Shown here one piece after another: positions 28,533 through 40,495 of a stretch of 40,495 nucleotides of DNA (within the stretch, counting starts at the first letter, position 1; every line of letters begins with the position of its first letter). Below the pieces are notes generated by a model, which searched no databases, had not been told where the DNA came from, and worked only from the letters and a program-made list of their open reading frames with translations. This stretch comes from Thermomonas sp. (GTDB taxonomy: Bacteria; Pseudomonadota; Gammaproteobacteria; Xanthomonadales; Xanthomonadaceae): NCBI GenBank assembly GCA_039919235.1, contig JBDSGA010000124.1, forward strand, positions 1 through 40,495, read 5' to 3'. The position numbers and the translations under genes are program-made.

Positions 28533-29812
28533 CCGGTCAGGGAATCCGGCAGCAACGCATCGACGAACGCCTCGGCGTCGAACACCCGCAAATCTTCCGG
28601 CCTTTCGCCAATCCCGGCATAGCGGATCGGGATGCCGAACTCACGCGCCAGCGCGAACACCACGCCACCCTTGGCGGTACCGTCGAGTTTGGTCACCACC
28701 AAACCGGTGACATTGACCGCGGCATTGAACTGGCGAACCTGACTGATCGCGTTCTGACCGGTGGTGCCGTCGATCACCATCAACACCTCATGTGGCGCGC
28801 CCGCATCGATCTTGCTTATGACGCGGCGAATCTTGCCGAGTTCGGCCATCAGGCCTTGTTGCGTGTGCAGACGCCCAGCGGTATCGGCGATCAACACTTC
28901 GACGCCGCGCGCGGTCGCTGCCTGCATGGCGTCGAAGGCGACGGACGCAGGGTCGGCATCCTGTCCCTGGGCAATCACGGCCACGCCGTTGCGCTCACCC
29001 CAAGCCTGCAGTTGGGCCACTGCGGCGGCGCGGAAGGTATCGCCGGCGGCCAGCATCAGGCTACGTCCTTCGTCCTTGTAACGGCGTGCCAGTTTGCCAA
29101 TCGTAGTGGTCTTGCCGACGCCGTTGACGCCTACGGTCAGGATTACGAACGGGCGCTTGCCGCGGTCGATCTCCAGCGGTTTCGTCACCGGCGTGAGCAG
29201 GGCGATGAGGTCGTTGCGCAGCACGCGCAGCAGGGCGTTGGCGTCGGCGAATTCGCGCGCCTTCATCCGCTTGCGCAGGGATTCGACCAGTTGAGTGCTG
29301 GCAGTGACGCCGACGTCTGCGGTCAGCAGGGCGGTTTCGATTTCGTCCAGCAACTCGTCATCGAGTTTCGGATTTCGCGAGAACAAACCGCCTAGGCTGC
29401 GCGCGAATCCGCTGCCGCGCAGGCGTTCGCGCCAGCCGGAGACAGGCGCTGCCGAATCGGGCACGGAGATCGGTTCCACGGAAGACGCGTTGACACGCGT
29501 TGCTTCGGCAACCGCATCTGGAGTGACTTCCACGACAGGTTTGGCGGCTTCAACGATGGGTGCTTCAGCAACCGCATCGGGAAGGGTCTCGGCGACAGGT
29601 TCGGCTGGCGCAACAAGGGATGCTTCGACTGGCGCAATGACCACAGGTGCGTCTATTGCTGGGACGGGTGCGTTTGGCTCGATCGCCGGTGCGACCTGGG
29701 TCTCCACGGGCGCAGCGCTGGGCGCGTCCGGGAATGCGGCGGCCAGTTCCTCGATGCTGAGGCGCGGTCTGGATGCGGTATCGGGTTTGTTGCGGCGGAA
29801 CCAGCTGGCCAT
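28529..29812 (-). CDS. ftsY: Signal recognition particle receptor FtsY
   Basis: GVNGVGKTTT, DTFRAAA, DTAGRL, TKLDGTAKGG; start at MASWFRRNK (amphipathic N-terminus). Confidence 0.96.
   Translation of the reverse strand: MASWFRRNKPDTASRPRLSIEELAAAFPDAPSAAPVETQVAPAIEPNAPVPAIDAPVVIAPVEASLVAPAEPVAETLPDAVAEAPIVEAAKPVVEVTPDAVAEATRVNASSVEPISVPDSAAPVSGWRERLRGSGFARSLGGLFSRNPKLDDELLDEIETALLTADVGVTASTQLVESLRKRMKAREFADANALLRVLRNDLIALLTPVTKPLEIDRGKRPFVILTVGVNGVGKTTTIGKLARRYKDEGRSLMLAAGDTFRAAAVAQLQAWGERNGVAVIAQGQDADPASVAFDAMQAATARGVEVLIADTAGRLHTQQGLMAELGKIRRVISKIDAGAPHEVLMVIDGTTGQNAISQVRQFNAAVNVTGLVVTKLDGTAKGGVVFALAREFGIPIRYAGIGERPEDLRVFDAEAFVDALLPDSLTG
29501..29626. repeat. Degenerate 60-bp tandem duplication in the FtsY acidic linker
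   Basis: 29501-29560 vs 29561-29620 match at 43/60 positions by hand count; a third unit begins TGCTTC; encodes two PDAVAEA motifs. Confidence 0.75.
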
Positions 29813-29902
29813 GGAGTTGTGGTCGTCGGCGCCGTTCGCGAAGGTGTCGGCGGGATAGGCGAGAATGGCGCGAATGGTACCACCCACCTCCCATTCGCCC
29901 GG

Positions 29903-30499
29903 ATGAACATCGACCGCAAATCGTCATCACGCGCGACACACCACGCCAATACGCCGGGTAGTGTCCGCATCATCGGCGGACGCTGGCGCGGGACCCGTTT
30001 GCCGGTACCGGATCGGCCTGGCTTGCGGCCGACATCGGACCGTGTCCGCGAAACCCTGTTCAACTGGTTGCAGCCGCAGTTGACCGGTGCACGGGTGCTT
30101 GACCTGTTCGCGGGTAGCGGCGTGTTGGGCATGGAGGCGTTGTCACGCGGGGCTGCTTCGGCACAACTGATCGAGGCGGATGCCCCATTGGCCTTGAGCC
30201 TGAAAGCATTGGGAGGCCGCCTGGATGCCGGCGATCAGCTCGGGGTGCATGCTGGCGATGCGTTGGCATGGTTGCGGAGTGCGCCGGAAGCCTCATTCGA
30301 TATCGCGTTCGTCGACCCGCCATTCGATGCAGGCCTCTGGGATGCGGTGCTGGCTTTGTTGCCGGCGCGGATGGCAGCGCAGGGATGGATCTATCTGGAA
30401 TCCCCGACGGCGGTTGCACCGGTCTTTCCGCCGGAATGGGCATTGCATCGGGAAAACCATACCCGGGATGTGCGCTACGCCCTGTATCGGCGCAGGTGA
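29903..30499 (+). CDS. rsmD: 16S rRNA m2G966 methyltransferase RsmD
   Basis: VRIIGGRWRG, LRPTSDRVRETLFNWL, LDLFAGSG, DPPF; divergent from ftsY. Confidence 0.95.
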   Translation: MNIDRKSSSRATHHANTPGSVRIIGGRWRGTRLPVPDRPGLRPTSDRVRETLFNWLQPQLTGARVLDLFAGSGVLGMEALSRGAASAQLIEADAPLALSLKALGGRLDAGDQLGVHAGDALAWLRSAPEASFDIAFVDPPFDAGLWDAVLALLPARMAAQGWIYLESPTAVAPVFPPEWALHRENHTRDVRYALYRRR

Positions 30500-30535
30500 C
30501 GGGGTACACTTCACTCTGATTAATGAATGCAGTGA

Positions 30536-31048
<513 letters not shown>

Positions 31049-31102
31049 AGCAGCACCACGCAACCGTGCCACCCGTGCCACAACGATAAAAAAGGGGATC
31101 CC

Positions 31103-31594
31103 ATGAATACGATGTTCCGAATGCTCCTGATCGCCTGCCTGATCCTGCCGTTCGCTGCGTGCAAGAAAGAGGAAGCACCCAAGGTCGAAGCCGTTGCAGC
31201 ACCGCTGGCAGCGCCGACCAATGATGACCTGCCGGCTTGGCGGGCATACGTCACCGATGTTGCCAAGCGCAACATGGACGGCATCACCAACAGCCCGTAT
31301 GTGTACTTCTTGCCAAGCGAGGGCAGCGAAGGTTTTGGCGGTCAGTACGAGCGCTTGCTGGAGAAGGTCGAGGGCGACCTGTCGCGCGGGATCATTGCAG
31401 GCAACATGCTGGTATTCGCCTCGCCTTCGTCCGGCAAGATGTCTGAACTCGCCACGGTCGCGTTCCGGCAGGTTGGCGAGGGCACGATGAAGGACGTGAA
31501 AGTGCTGTTCATCGGCAAGGCGGGTGACAGCGAGAAGGTCAAGGCTGTAGCCGAGCCGGCGGGCGTCAAATATATCTTCGTCGAAGCGAAATAA
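31103..31594 (+). CDS. Conserved lipoprotein of unknown function
   Basis: Lipobox FAAC-KK; AAGGGG SD; lies between coaD and the ferredoxin gene. Confidence 0.8.
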   Translation: MNTMFRMLLIACLILPFAACKKEEAPKVEAVAAPLAAPTNDDLPAWRAYVTDVAKRNMDGITNSPYVYFLPSEGSEGFGGQYERLLEKVEGDLSRGIIAGNMLVFASPSSGKMSELATVAFRQVGEGTMKDVKVLFIGKAGDSEKVKAVAEPAGVKYIFVEAK

Positions 31595-31643
31595 TCGAAG
31601 CCTGCATCGCAGCCCTCCCTGATCAAGGGGAGGGCGCATCGCC

Positions 31644-31895
31644 ATGTCGCTGACGATCAACGAACTCTGCGTCAACTGCGACGTCTGCGAACCGGTGTGC
31701 CCGAACAAGGCGATCACCCAGGGCGAGTCCATCTACGTGATCGATCCGGCCCTGTGCACCGAGTGCGTGGGCCACTATGACGAGCCGCAATGCGTGGTGG
31801 TGTGTCCGGTCGAATGCATCGACCCGGACCCCAACTTCCCTGAGAGCCACGACCAGTTGCTGTTGAAATTGATGGGACTGCAATCACGACCATGA
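31644..31895 (+). CDS. YfhL-family 2[4Fe-4S] ferredoxin
   Basis: CVNCDVCEPVCP and CTECVGHYDEPQCVVVCP. Confidence 0.93.
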   Translation: MSLTINELCVNCDVCEPVCPNKAITQGESIYVIDPALCTECVGHYDEPQCVVVCPVECIDPDPNFPESHDQLLLKLMGLQSRP

Positions 31896-31908
31896 AGGGC
31901 TGCTGCCG

Positions 31909-33633
31909 ATGAAACCGACCCTCGCGTTCGTGCTGATCGTGTTGCTGGTGCCGTTGCCGGGTTTCGGCCAGCAACTATCCTCCCTCGCTGGCCATCCGCC
32001 GGGCGCAGCGATCACTTCCGCGCACGCGTTGGCGACCGATGCCGGTATGGACATCATCCGGCAGGGCGGCAATGCATTCGATGCTGCGGTCGCGGTGTCC
32101 TCCGTACTTTCGGTCGTCGAGCCGATCAGTTCCGGTCTCGGTGGCGGCGGCTTCTTCCTGCTGCACGACGGCAAGACCGGCAAGGACGTGTTTGTGGACG
32201 CGCGCGAAACCGCGCCAGCAGCGTCCACGACGGCGGCGTACCTCGACAAGGATGGCAACCTCGACCGCGACCGCGCACAGACCGGGCCATGGTCAGCCGG
32301 CATTCCGGGCCTGCCCGCGGCATTGGTGCATGTGGCCGAAAAATATGGGCGCCTTCCGCTAGTCACCTCGCTGGCACCGGCGATCCGGATCGCGCGTGAA
32401 GGCTTCCCGGTGTATGCGCGTTTCGCGAACGGCTATGCCGCCAAGCGCAAGGTGATGGAGCGTTATCCCGGAACCCGCGCGGTGTACCTGATCAATGGCC
32501 AGCAGCCCAAAGAGGGCGATCTGTTCCGCCAACCGGACCTCGCGAAAACCTTGGAGCTGCTGGCTGCGAAAGGCCATGACGGGTTCTATCGCGGCATCAT
32601 CGCGCAACGCCTGCTGGCGGGCGTCAAGGCAGAAGACGGGAAGTGGACCGCGCAGGAACTGGCCAGCTACCAAGTCAAGGAGCGCGAGCCGCTGCAGTTC
32701 AACTATGACGGCTGGCGGGTGACCACGTCGCCGCCGCCGTCCTCGGGCGGCATCGCGCTTGCAGAGATGCTGCAGATCCTGGCGCCGTGGGATATGGAAA
32801 AACTGCCGCAAGCGGAACGCGTGCACCTGATCGTGGAAGCCATGCGCCGCGCATTTCGCGACCGCACGTTCTACCTCGGTGATCCGGATTTCGTGCAAAT
32901 CCCGGTCAAGACGCTAGCCGATCCGGATTACGCGGCCGGCTTGCGCGCCACCATCAATCCGGACAAGGCGACACCAAGCAACCTGCTCTCAGGCGCACCG
33001 ACGCCGATGGAAGATGAGGAAACCACGCACTTCTCGATCATTGACGCCGAAGGCAATCGTGTGGGTGCCACGCAAACGGTCAACCTGCTGTTCGGCTCCG
33101 GGCTTGTACCGCCCGGCACCGGGGTGATGCTCAACGACGAGATGGACGATTTCGCGCTCAAGCCCGGCACGCCGAATGCGTTCGGCGTGATGGGCTTTGA
33201 TGCCAACGCGCCCAAGCCGGGCAAGCGCATGCTCAGCTCGATGACCCCGACCTTCATGGAGTCCGCTGACAAGGTGGCAGTGATTGGCACCCCAGGCGGC
33301 ACGCGCATCATCACCATGGTCCTGCTTGGCATGCTGGGATACGCCGATGGTCTCGATGCGCCGCAAGTCGCTGCGCTGCCGCGCTACCACCACCAGTGGC
33401 TGCCAGATGTCATCGAAACCGAAAGTGGTGCATTGCCGGCCGACGTTGTCGCAAAATTGCGCGCGATGGGGCATGTGGTCGATGTGCCCGATGACGGCGA
33501 CGCCGCGAAAAATTCCAGCCACACCTGGGGCAACATGAACACCGTGCTGTGGAACCGGCGCACGAATGTGCTGACCGGCGGAACGGATCCGCGCAGCCCG
33601 GTCGGCAAGTCCGACGTGCTGCTGCAGCCGTAA
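31909..33633 (+). CDS. ggt: Gamma-glutamyltransferase
   Basis: Signal peptide; GGNAFDAAVA, SGLGGGGF, DARE, PPPSSGG, nucleophile ETTHFS, LSSMTP, GTPGG. Confidence 0.95.
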   Translation: MKPTLAFVLIVLLVPLPGFGQQLSSLAGHPPGAAITSAHALATDAGMDIIRQGGNAFDAAVAVSSVLSVVEPISSGLGGGGFFLLHDGKTGKDVFVDARETAPAASTTAAYLDKDGNLDRDRAQTGPWSAGIPGLPAALVHVAEKYGRLPLVTSLAPAIRIAREGFPVYARFANGYAAKRKVMERYPGTRAVYLINGQQPKEGDLFRQPDLAKTLELLAAKGHDGFYRGIIAQRLLAGVKAEDGKWTAQELASYQVKEREPLQFNYDGWRVTTSPPPSSGGIALAEMLQILAPWDMEKLPQAERVHLIVEAMRRAFRDRTFYLGDPDFVQIPVKTLADPDYAAGLRATINPDKATPSNLLSGAPTPMEDEETTHFSIIDAEGNRVGATQTVNLLFGSGLVPPGTGVMLNDEMDDFALKPGTPNAFGVMGFDANAPKPGKRMLSSMTPTFMESADKVAVIGTPGGTRIITMVLLGMLGYADGLDAPQVAALPRYHHQWLPDVIETESGALPADVVAKLRAMGHVVDVPDDGDAAKNSSHTWGNMNTVLWNRRTNVLTGGTDPRSPVGKSDVLLQP

Positions 33634-33645
33634 CGCGATGTGTCG

Positions 33646-33651
33646 TAGGCT
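33646..33651 (+). promoter_or_regulatory. Putative -10 element (TAGGCT) 6 nt before the MBL hydrolase ATG; possible leaderless mRNA
   Basis: TAGGCT-cgggtg-ATG. Confidence 0.5.
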
Positions 33652-33657
33652 CGGGTG

Positions 33658-34548
33658 ATGAAACTCTGGTCGATCCTCGGTAATTCGCAAAAGCTGGATG
33701 GCGGCGCCATGTTCGGCAACGCGCCCAAGGCGATGTGGGAAAAGTGGTCTCAGGTTGATGTCGACAACCGCATCGAACTCGCTTGCCGCGCGCTGCTGGC
33801 CTCGCCGTTGAATAGCAAGACCGTGCTGTTCGAGAGCGGGATTGGCGCATTCTTCGAACCCAAGTTGCGCGAACGCTACGGCGTGCAGGAATCACATCAT
33901 GTACTGCTGGATTCCCTGCGTGATGCAGGCTTCAGCCACGAGGACATCGACGTGGTGGTGCTGTCGCACCTGCATTTCGACCACGCTGGCGGTTTGCTTG
34001 CAGCATGGAAAGACGGTCAGCCGCCGCGATTGCTTTTCCCGAACGCGACGTTCGTGGTCAGCGCCGCATGCTGGGATCGCGCGCGCAAGCCGCATTCACG
34101 TGATCGCGCCAGTTTCATCGCCCAATTGCCTGCGCTGCTGGAAGCGAGTGGCCGACTGGAAATCGTGGATGGTGAACATTTCAGCGTGCTCGGCCGCAGC
34201 GTGCGCTTCCACTTCAGCGACGGGCATACACCCGGCCTGATGCTGGCCGAAATCGTGGGCCCGGAACATATCGAAGGTCAGGATCATGGCGGCGTGGTGT
34301 TTTGCTCGGACCTGATCCCGGGCCGGCCGTGGGTCCACGTGCCGATCACCATGGGTTATGACCGCAACGCCGAGCTGCTGATCGACGAGAAGCGCGAGTT
34401 CCTGGACGACATGCTGGCGCGCAACGTGCACCTGTTCTTTACCCATGATCCGGGTTGCGCGCTGGCGCAGGTGACCCGCGATGCGAAGGGCAAGTTCGGG
34501 ACCACCCACGAGACCGCCGAATTGCATGCGCGCGTGTTGAACGACTGA
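33658..34548 (+). CDS. MBL-fold metallo-hydrolase (YtnP-like)
   Basis: [18 protein letters not shown] (HxHxDH), GHTPG, SDL, FTHDP. Confidence 0.9.
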   Translation: MKLWSILGNSQKLDGGAMFGNAPKAMWEKWSQVDVDNRIELACRALLASPLNSKTVLFESGIGAFFEPKLRERYGVQESHHVLLDSLRDAGFSHEDIDVVVLSHLHFDHAGGLLAAWKDGQPPRLLFPNATFVVSAACWDRARKPHSRDRASFIAQLPALLEASGRLEIVDGEHFSVLGRSVRFHFSDGHTPGLMLAEIVGPEHIEGQDHGGVVFCSDLIPGRPWVHVPITMGYDRNAELLIDEKREFLDDMLARNVHLFFTHDPGCALAQVTRDAKGKFGTTHETAELHARVLND

Positions 34549-34618
34549 CGACGTTTAAACGGGTGACGGCGCGCTGTAGGTCGTCCCAGAAACACAACAA
34601 GACCAAGCGGAATTACTG

Positions 34619-35005
34619 ATGCCCAAGATTACCCTGCTGTTCGCGTCCCTGCACGTACTGCTGATGCTGGCCTTGCTGGTACCCATCGTGCGGCATCGGC
34701 ATGGGCACAAGATTGGCTTGGGTGATGGAGGCGATGTGGTTTTGGCGCGCAAGGTGCGCGTGCACGGCAACTTCATCGAGCACGTGCCGTTCGCGCTGCT
34801 GATGCTCGGCCTGCTGGAACTCTGCGGATTGCCGGCGATGTGGCTGTGGGTGCTTGGATCGGTGCTGTTACTGGCCCGTGTCATGCACGCGGTCGGATTG
34901 TCGCGGACTGCGGATTATTCGGTTGGACGCTTCACCGGCACGGCATTGACCTGGGCCGTATTCCTGCTGATGGCGCTATCTGGGATTTGGATCGCACTGC
35001 ACTAA
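34619..35005 (+). CDS. MAPEG family membrane protein (YecN-like)
   Basis: GLGDGG...RVHGNFIEHVP, ARVMHAVG; four hydrophobic segments. Confidence 0.9.
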   Translation: MPKITLLFASLHVLLMLALLVPIVRHRHGHKIGLGDGGDVVLARKVRVHGNFIEHVPFALLMLGLLELCGLPAMWLWVLGSVLLLARVMHAVGLSRTADYSVGRFTGTALTWAVFLLMALSGIWIALH

Positions 35006-35027
35006 CCACAATCCAGCGGACGAACAG

Positions 35028-35660
35028 TCAACTAGTCGGGGTTCCGAAGATGCGATCGCCGGCATCGCCCAAGCCGGGATGGATGTAGGCGTTCTGGTCG
35101 AGGCGCTCATCGATGGACGCGAGGTAGACCTCGACATCCGGATGCTTGGCTTCCAATGCACGCAGCCCTTCGGGTGCCGCAATCAGGAAGATGCAGCGAA
35201 TGCTTCGGCAACCGGCGGCTTTGAGCAGGTCGATTGCGGCAATCGCGCTGCCACCTGTTGCCAGCATCGGATCGATCAACAGCGCCATGCGCTGGTCCAT
35301 GCGGTCGGCGAGGCGCTCGTAATAGCCGCAGGGTTGGTGCGTGAATTCATCGCGGGACACGCCAATCACGCTGACTGGGGCGGCCGGCAGCAATGACTGC
35401 ACGCCGGGCAGGAAACCCAAACCCGCGCGCAGGATCGGGACCAAGGTCAGCTCTTCGCCACGCACGCGCGGCACGTCCAGCGGGCCCGCCCAGGTCTGCA
35501 CAGTCACGGCATGCATGGGCAGGTCGCGGGTCGCCTCATAGGCGAGTAACCCTGCGATCTCTCCCGCCAATTGTCGGAAATGCACGCAGTCGGTCGCGAT
35601 ATCGCGCAGCTTGCCGAGCTTGTGTTGCACCAGCGGGTGCCGGACTTCAATGGTTTTCAT
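35028..35660 (-). CDS. upp: Uracil phosphoribosyltransferase
   Basis: [43 protein letters not shown]. Confidence 0.96.
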   Translation of the reverse strand: MKTIEVRHPLVQHKLGKLRDIATDCVHFRQLAGEIAGLLAYEATRDLPMHAVTVQTWAGPLDVPRVRGEELTLVPILRAGLGFLPGVQSLLPAAPVSVIGVSRDEFTHQPCGYYERLADRMDQRMALLIDPMLATGGSAIAAIDLLKAAGCRSIRCIFLIAAPEGLRALEAKHPDVEVYLASIDERLDQNAYIHPGLGDAGDRIFGTPTS

Positions 35661-35666
35661 GTGAAC

Positions 35667-35672
35667 AGGCTA
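35667..35672 (-). promoter_or_regulatory. Putative -10 element (TAGCCT) 6 nt before the upp ATG; possible leaderless mRNA
   Basis: Minus strand TAGCCT-gttcac-ATG; no SD; lies downstream of the lat terminator. Confidence 0.55.
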
Positions 35673-35688
35673 GCGCAAGCCGCCTCGC

Positions 35689-35718
35689 AAACGAACAGGG
35701 CGACCGAAGTCGCCTTGT
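35689..35718 (-). terminator. Intrinsic terminator after lat
   Basis: Minus strand ACAAGGCGAC-ttcg-GTCGCCCTGT followed by TCGTTT. Confidence 0.7.
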
Positions 35719-35742
35719 CGAAATGGATGGATGTCGTGCGAA

Positions 35743-37236
35743 TCAGGCGGCGGCTGCCTGCTGCTGGCGCGGGCCTTCCAGCAGCGCGCGCTTGACCACG
35801 GACACCACCAGCGCGAGTTCGTCCTCGCTGACTGCGAATTGCGGGGTGAAGCGCAACGAATTCTCGCCACCATGGATCACGCCGATACCGTGCTCGCGCA
35901 TCCATTCCTCGGTCGAGCCCGTGCCGTAGCCCTTGTAGTCCTTGGTCAGTTCGCAGGAGAACAACAGGCCAGTACCTTGCACCTTGGTGATGCGGCCGTC
36001 GCTTTCAGCTTTCAGGGACTCGAGCATGGCCAGCGCCTGCTTGCCGCGCTGCTGGATGTTGGCGCGCAGTGCCGGCGTCAACTGCCCCAGCACCGCGCAT
36101 GCGACATCGAGTGCACGCGGGTTTGCGGTCATCGTATTTCCGTAGAGGCCGCGCTTGTAAATGGCGGCGGTCGCCTCGGTGACGGCGAGGACAGACAACG
36201 GGTATTGCCCGGCATTGAGCGCTTTGGAATAGGTTTCCATGTCTGGCGCATCGGTCTTCTCGAATCCCGGGTAATCGACGATCGACAAATACCCGGTCGC
36301 ACGCAGGCCGGCCTGGATCGAATCCACCAGCAGCAGGCTGCCGTGGTTGCGGGTCAATTCGCGGGCCAGTTCGTAGAACGGCACCGGCACGCTGCGGCCC
36401 GGGTCGCCTTCGCCCATGACGGGTTCCAGGAACATCGCTTCGATGAACCAGCCATTCGCATCCGCATCGGTGAAGACTTTGCGCAGTGCATCGTGGTCAT
36501 AGGCAGGCACCGAAATGACCGTGCTTTCGTCCCGGTAACTGGCCAGGTGGGCCATGTACGTCTTGCGGGTGGAATCCGAATACAGCGCCGGCTTGTCGGT
36601 GCGGCCGTGGAAGCTGCCCTTCACGACCACGCGCTTGATCGTCTTGCCGGCATGGCGGGCACCCGCGTCGGTCATGGACTTGGCATTGGCATCCACGATG
36701 CGTGCCGCCAGCGACACCGATTCCGAGCCCGAATTGAGGCACAGGAATGCGCTGAACGGACAGCCTCCACGGGTTTGACCGATTTCCGCGCGCATCGCAT
36801 TGCTGAAGCGCAACTGCGAGACGTTCGGGGTCATGATGTTGGCCATCGACTGCGGCGTGGTCATCGCCGCGATCACCGCCTCCGGCGTGTGACCCAAGCC
36901 AAGCATGCCGTAGCCGCCGGTGTCATACACCACGGCGCCCTTCAGGGTGACGATCCACGGGCCGCGCGCGACGAGGGCGACATACGGGTTGGCGGCATCG
37001 TGCGAATAGAAATTGACGAAGCCGGACTGGATCTCGATGGTCTGCGCATCTTCGTCCAGCGGCAGCAGCGCGGGGAATTCGGTGCGAATTCGCTCGAACT
37101 CGATAGCAGCGGCGGCAACCGCTTCGCGCAGCTGCGGATGGCGGCTGGCGAAGTCGAGGATCACCTCATCGGCCAGCCCCGTGGTGCGGGCCTTGCCGAA
37201 CGAGCGCAACGGGGCGAGGGTATCGAGTACGGTCAT
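35743..37236 (-). CDS. lat: Class III PLP aminotransferase, L-lysine 6-aminotransferase-like
   Basis: NSGSE, FHGRT, EPVMGEG, DSIQ, ETYSKALN (PLP Lys); resembles the Xanthomonadaceae-type LAT as I recall it; AAGGA SD before MTVLD. Confidence 0.8.
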   Translation of the reverse strand: MTVLDTLAPLRSFGKARTTGLADEVILDFASRHPQLREAVAAAAIEFERIRTEFPALLPLDEDAQTIEIQSGFVNFYSHDAANPYVALVARGPWIVTLKGAVVYDTGGYGMLGLGHTPEAVIAAMTTPQSMANIMTPNVSQLRFSNAMRAEIGQTRGGCPFSAFLCLNSGSESVSLAARIVDANAKSMTDAGARHAGKTIKRVVVKGSFHGRTDKPALYSDSTRKTYMAHLASYRDESTVISVPAYDHDALRKVFTDADANGWFIEAMFLEPVMGEGDPGRSVPVPFYELARELTRNHGSLLLVDSIQAGLRATGYLSIVDYPGFEKTDAPDMETYSKALNAGQYPLSVLAVTEATAAIYKRGLYGNTMTANPRALDVACAVLGQLTPALRANIQQRGKQALAMLESLKAESDGRITKVQGTGLLFSCELTKDYKGYGTGSTEEWMREHGIGVIHGGENSLRFTPQFAVSEDELALVVSVVKRALLEGPRQQQAAAA

Positions 37237-37409
37237 GGGCTTGGTCCTTTGGCGTCGGGCGCGCGCTTCACTATTTAGATGATTGACGCGATCAGGGATC
37301 GGGCATCGGCGCGTTAACTGGTAATTATCGACGGATAGGCGACAGCCGAAAGGGATGATGTGACCATATCGCGACGTTTCTGGGCAAAACGACGGTAATA
37401 TTCGGCGAT

Positions 37410-37841
37410 ATGCGTATTTCACCCGCCGATGAGTTGCTGCTGTCGCTGCTGCGCGAGAACGCGCGCGCCTCCACCGCCGAGATTGCCCGCCGTTTGGGAC
37501 TCTCGCGGACCACCGTGCAGAACCGCATCGAGCGGCTGGAACGCCAAGGCGTGATCAGTGGCTATACGGTCTGTGTGCACGACGAATATCAGCGCAGCCG
37601 GATTCGCGCGCATATCCTGATTACCGTGCATCCCAAGCAGATGCCGGCGGTGGTGCGCACGCTGGACGCCATGCACGAGGTGCGCGTGCTGCATTCGGTC
37701 AGCGGCGAGCACGACCTGATCGCGCTGGCGGTGGCAGCGAGCATTGGCGACGTCGATGTGCTGACTGATGCGATTGGCGCCATCGATGGCGTGGAGCGCA
37801 CCACGACCTCGGTCATCCTGTCGACCAAGTTCGAGCGCTGA
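37410..37841 (+). CDS. Lrp/AsnC family transcriptional regulator
   Basis: LLRENARASTAEIARRLGLSRTTVQNRIERLE..GVI.GY, VSGEHDL, GVERTTTSVIL; divergent from lat. Confidence 0.93.
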   Translation: MRISPADELLLSLLRENARASTAEIARRLGLSRTTVQNRIERLERQGVISGYTVCVHDEYQRSRIRAHILITVHPKQMPAVVRTLDAMHEVRVLHSVSGEHDLIALAVAASIGDVDVLTDAIGAIDGVERTTTSVILSTKFER

Positions 37842-37898
37842 CGCGGCAAGCTGGCCCGCTACAATGCGCGCCCTGCTGAATGCCCGTAAACGCACGCC

Positions 37899-40075
<2,177 letters not shown>

Positions 40076-40141
40076 AACGCCGGAAATCCGGTGGCATGGC
40101 ATAATTCCCGGCTGTTTTGCCCTTCCCGACTTGGATCGCTG

Positions 40142-40483
40142 ATGAACCCGCTTGATTTCCTGATCGCCCCGGCCCACGCCCAAACCGCTGCCGCGGGCGG
40201 CGCGCCCAGCATGCTGTCCTCCTTGCTGTTCCCGATCATCCTGGTCGTGATCATGTATTTCCTGATGATCCGTCCGCAGACCAAGCGCCAGAAAGAGCAT
40301 CGCGCCATGCTCGAAAAATTGGGCAAGGGCGACGAGGTCATCACCAACGGCGGCATCGCCGGCCAAGTCACTGCGATCGGCGAGAATTTCATTACGGTCG
40401 AAGTGGCTCCCGGCGTGCAGTTGCGCGTGCAGAAGGGCGCGATCACCAGCGTATTGCCGCGCGGCACGCTCAAAGCGGCCTGA
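40142..40483 (+). CDS. yajC: Preprotein translocase subunit YajC
   Basis: MYFLMIRPQ.KRQKEH, GDEVITNGGIAG; follows tgt; start at MNPLD. Confidence 0.95.
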   Translation: MNPLDFLIAPAHAQTAAAGGAPSMLSSLLFPIILVVIMYFLMIRPQTKRQKEHRAMLEKLGKGDEVITNGGIAGQVTAIGENFITVEVAPGVQLRVQKGAITSVLPRGTLKAA

Positions 40484-40495
40484 TCCATCCATTGA

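Noticed and set aside
31064-31081. 9-bp tandem repeat CCGTGCCAC x2 between coaD and the lipoprotein gene
   Set aside because: Two copies only, no associated feature; likely simple slippage.
35731-37278. 515-aa plus-strand ORF
   Set aside because: Antisense shadow of lat.

Overview
GC-rich, mostly core chromosomal segment of a Xanthomonadaceae (Lysobacteraceae; Thermomonas/Lysobacter-like) bacterium, judged from recognisable proteins and gene order. In order: dTDP-L-rhamnose operon rmlBACD (rmlB truncated by the window edge); a minus-strand membrane cluster (SPFH protein, unannotated 24-aa TM peptide, Arc-like RHH protein, unannotated 56-aa DUF4177-like protein, secreted alpha/beta hydrolase, bPH-like membrane protein, M15 peptidase) behind a perfect palindrome; Ate/Bpt transferase, secreted EF-hand protein, tesB, amidase, rlmKL, PmtA-like methyltransferase, HNH protein, acyl-CoA dehydrogenase, LEA lipoprotein; a PAS-PAS-HK-REC-Hpt kinase plus REC-EAL phosphodiesterase pair next to the 3' end of tRNA-Phe; then yggX, mutY, asmA-like, ftsY, rsmD, coaD, ferredoxin, ggt, MBL hydrolase, MAPEG, upp, lat with divergent Lrp, and queA-tgt-yajC. 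I saw no integrase, transposase, CRISPR array or recognisable defence system, and I cannot establish a wholly new system from sequence alone. The best leads are (i) the SPFH/RHH operon with two small ORFs missed by the ORF track and a candidate RHH operator, (ii) a two-step mini-ORF translational-coupling relay between rmlA and rmlC, (iii) a recurring -10 hexamer exactly 6 nt before the ATG of at least seven genes, suggesting leaderless mRNAs, and (iv) the tRNA-linked c-di-GMP phosphorelay pair. All family assignments come from motif recognition, not database searches.
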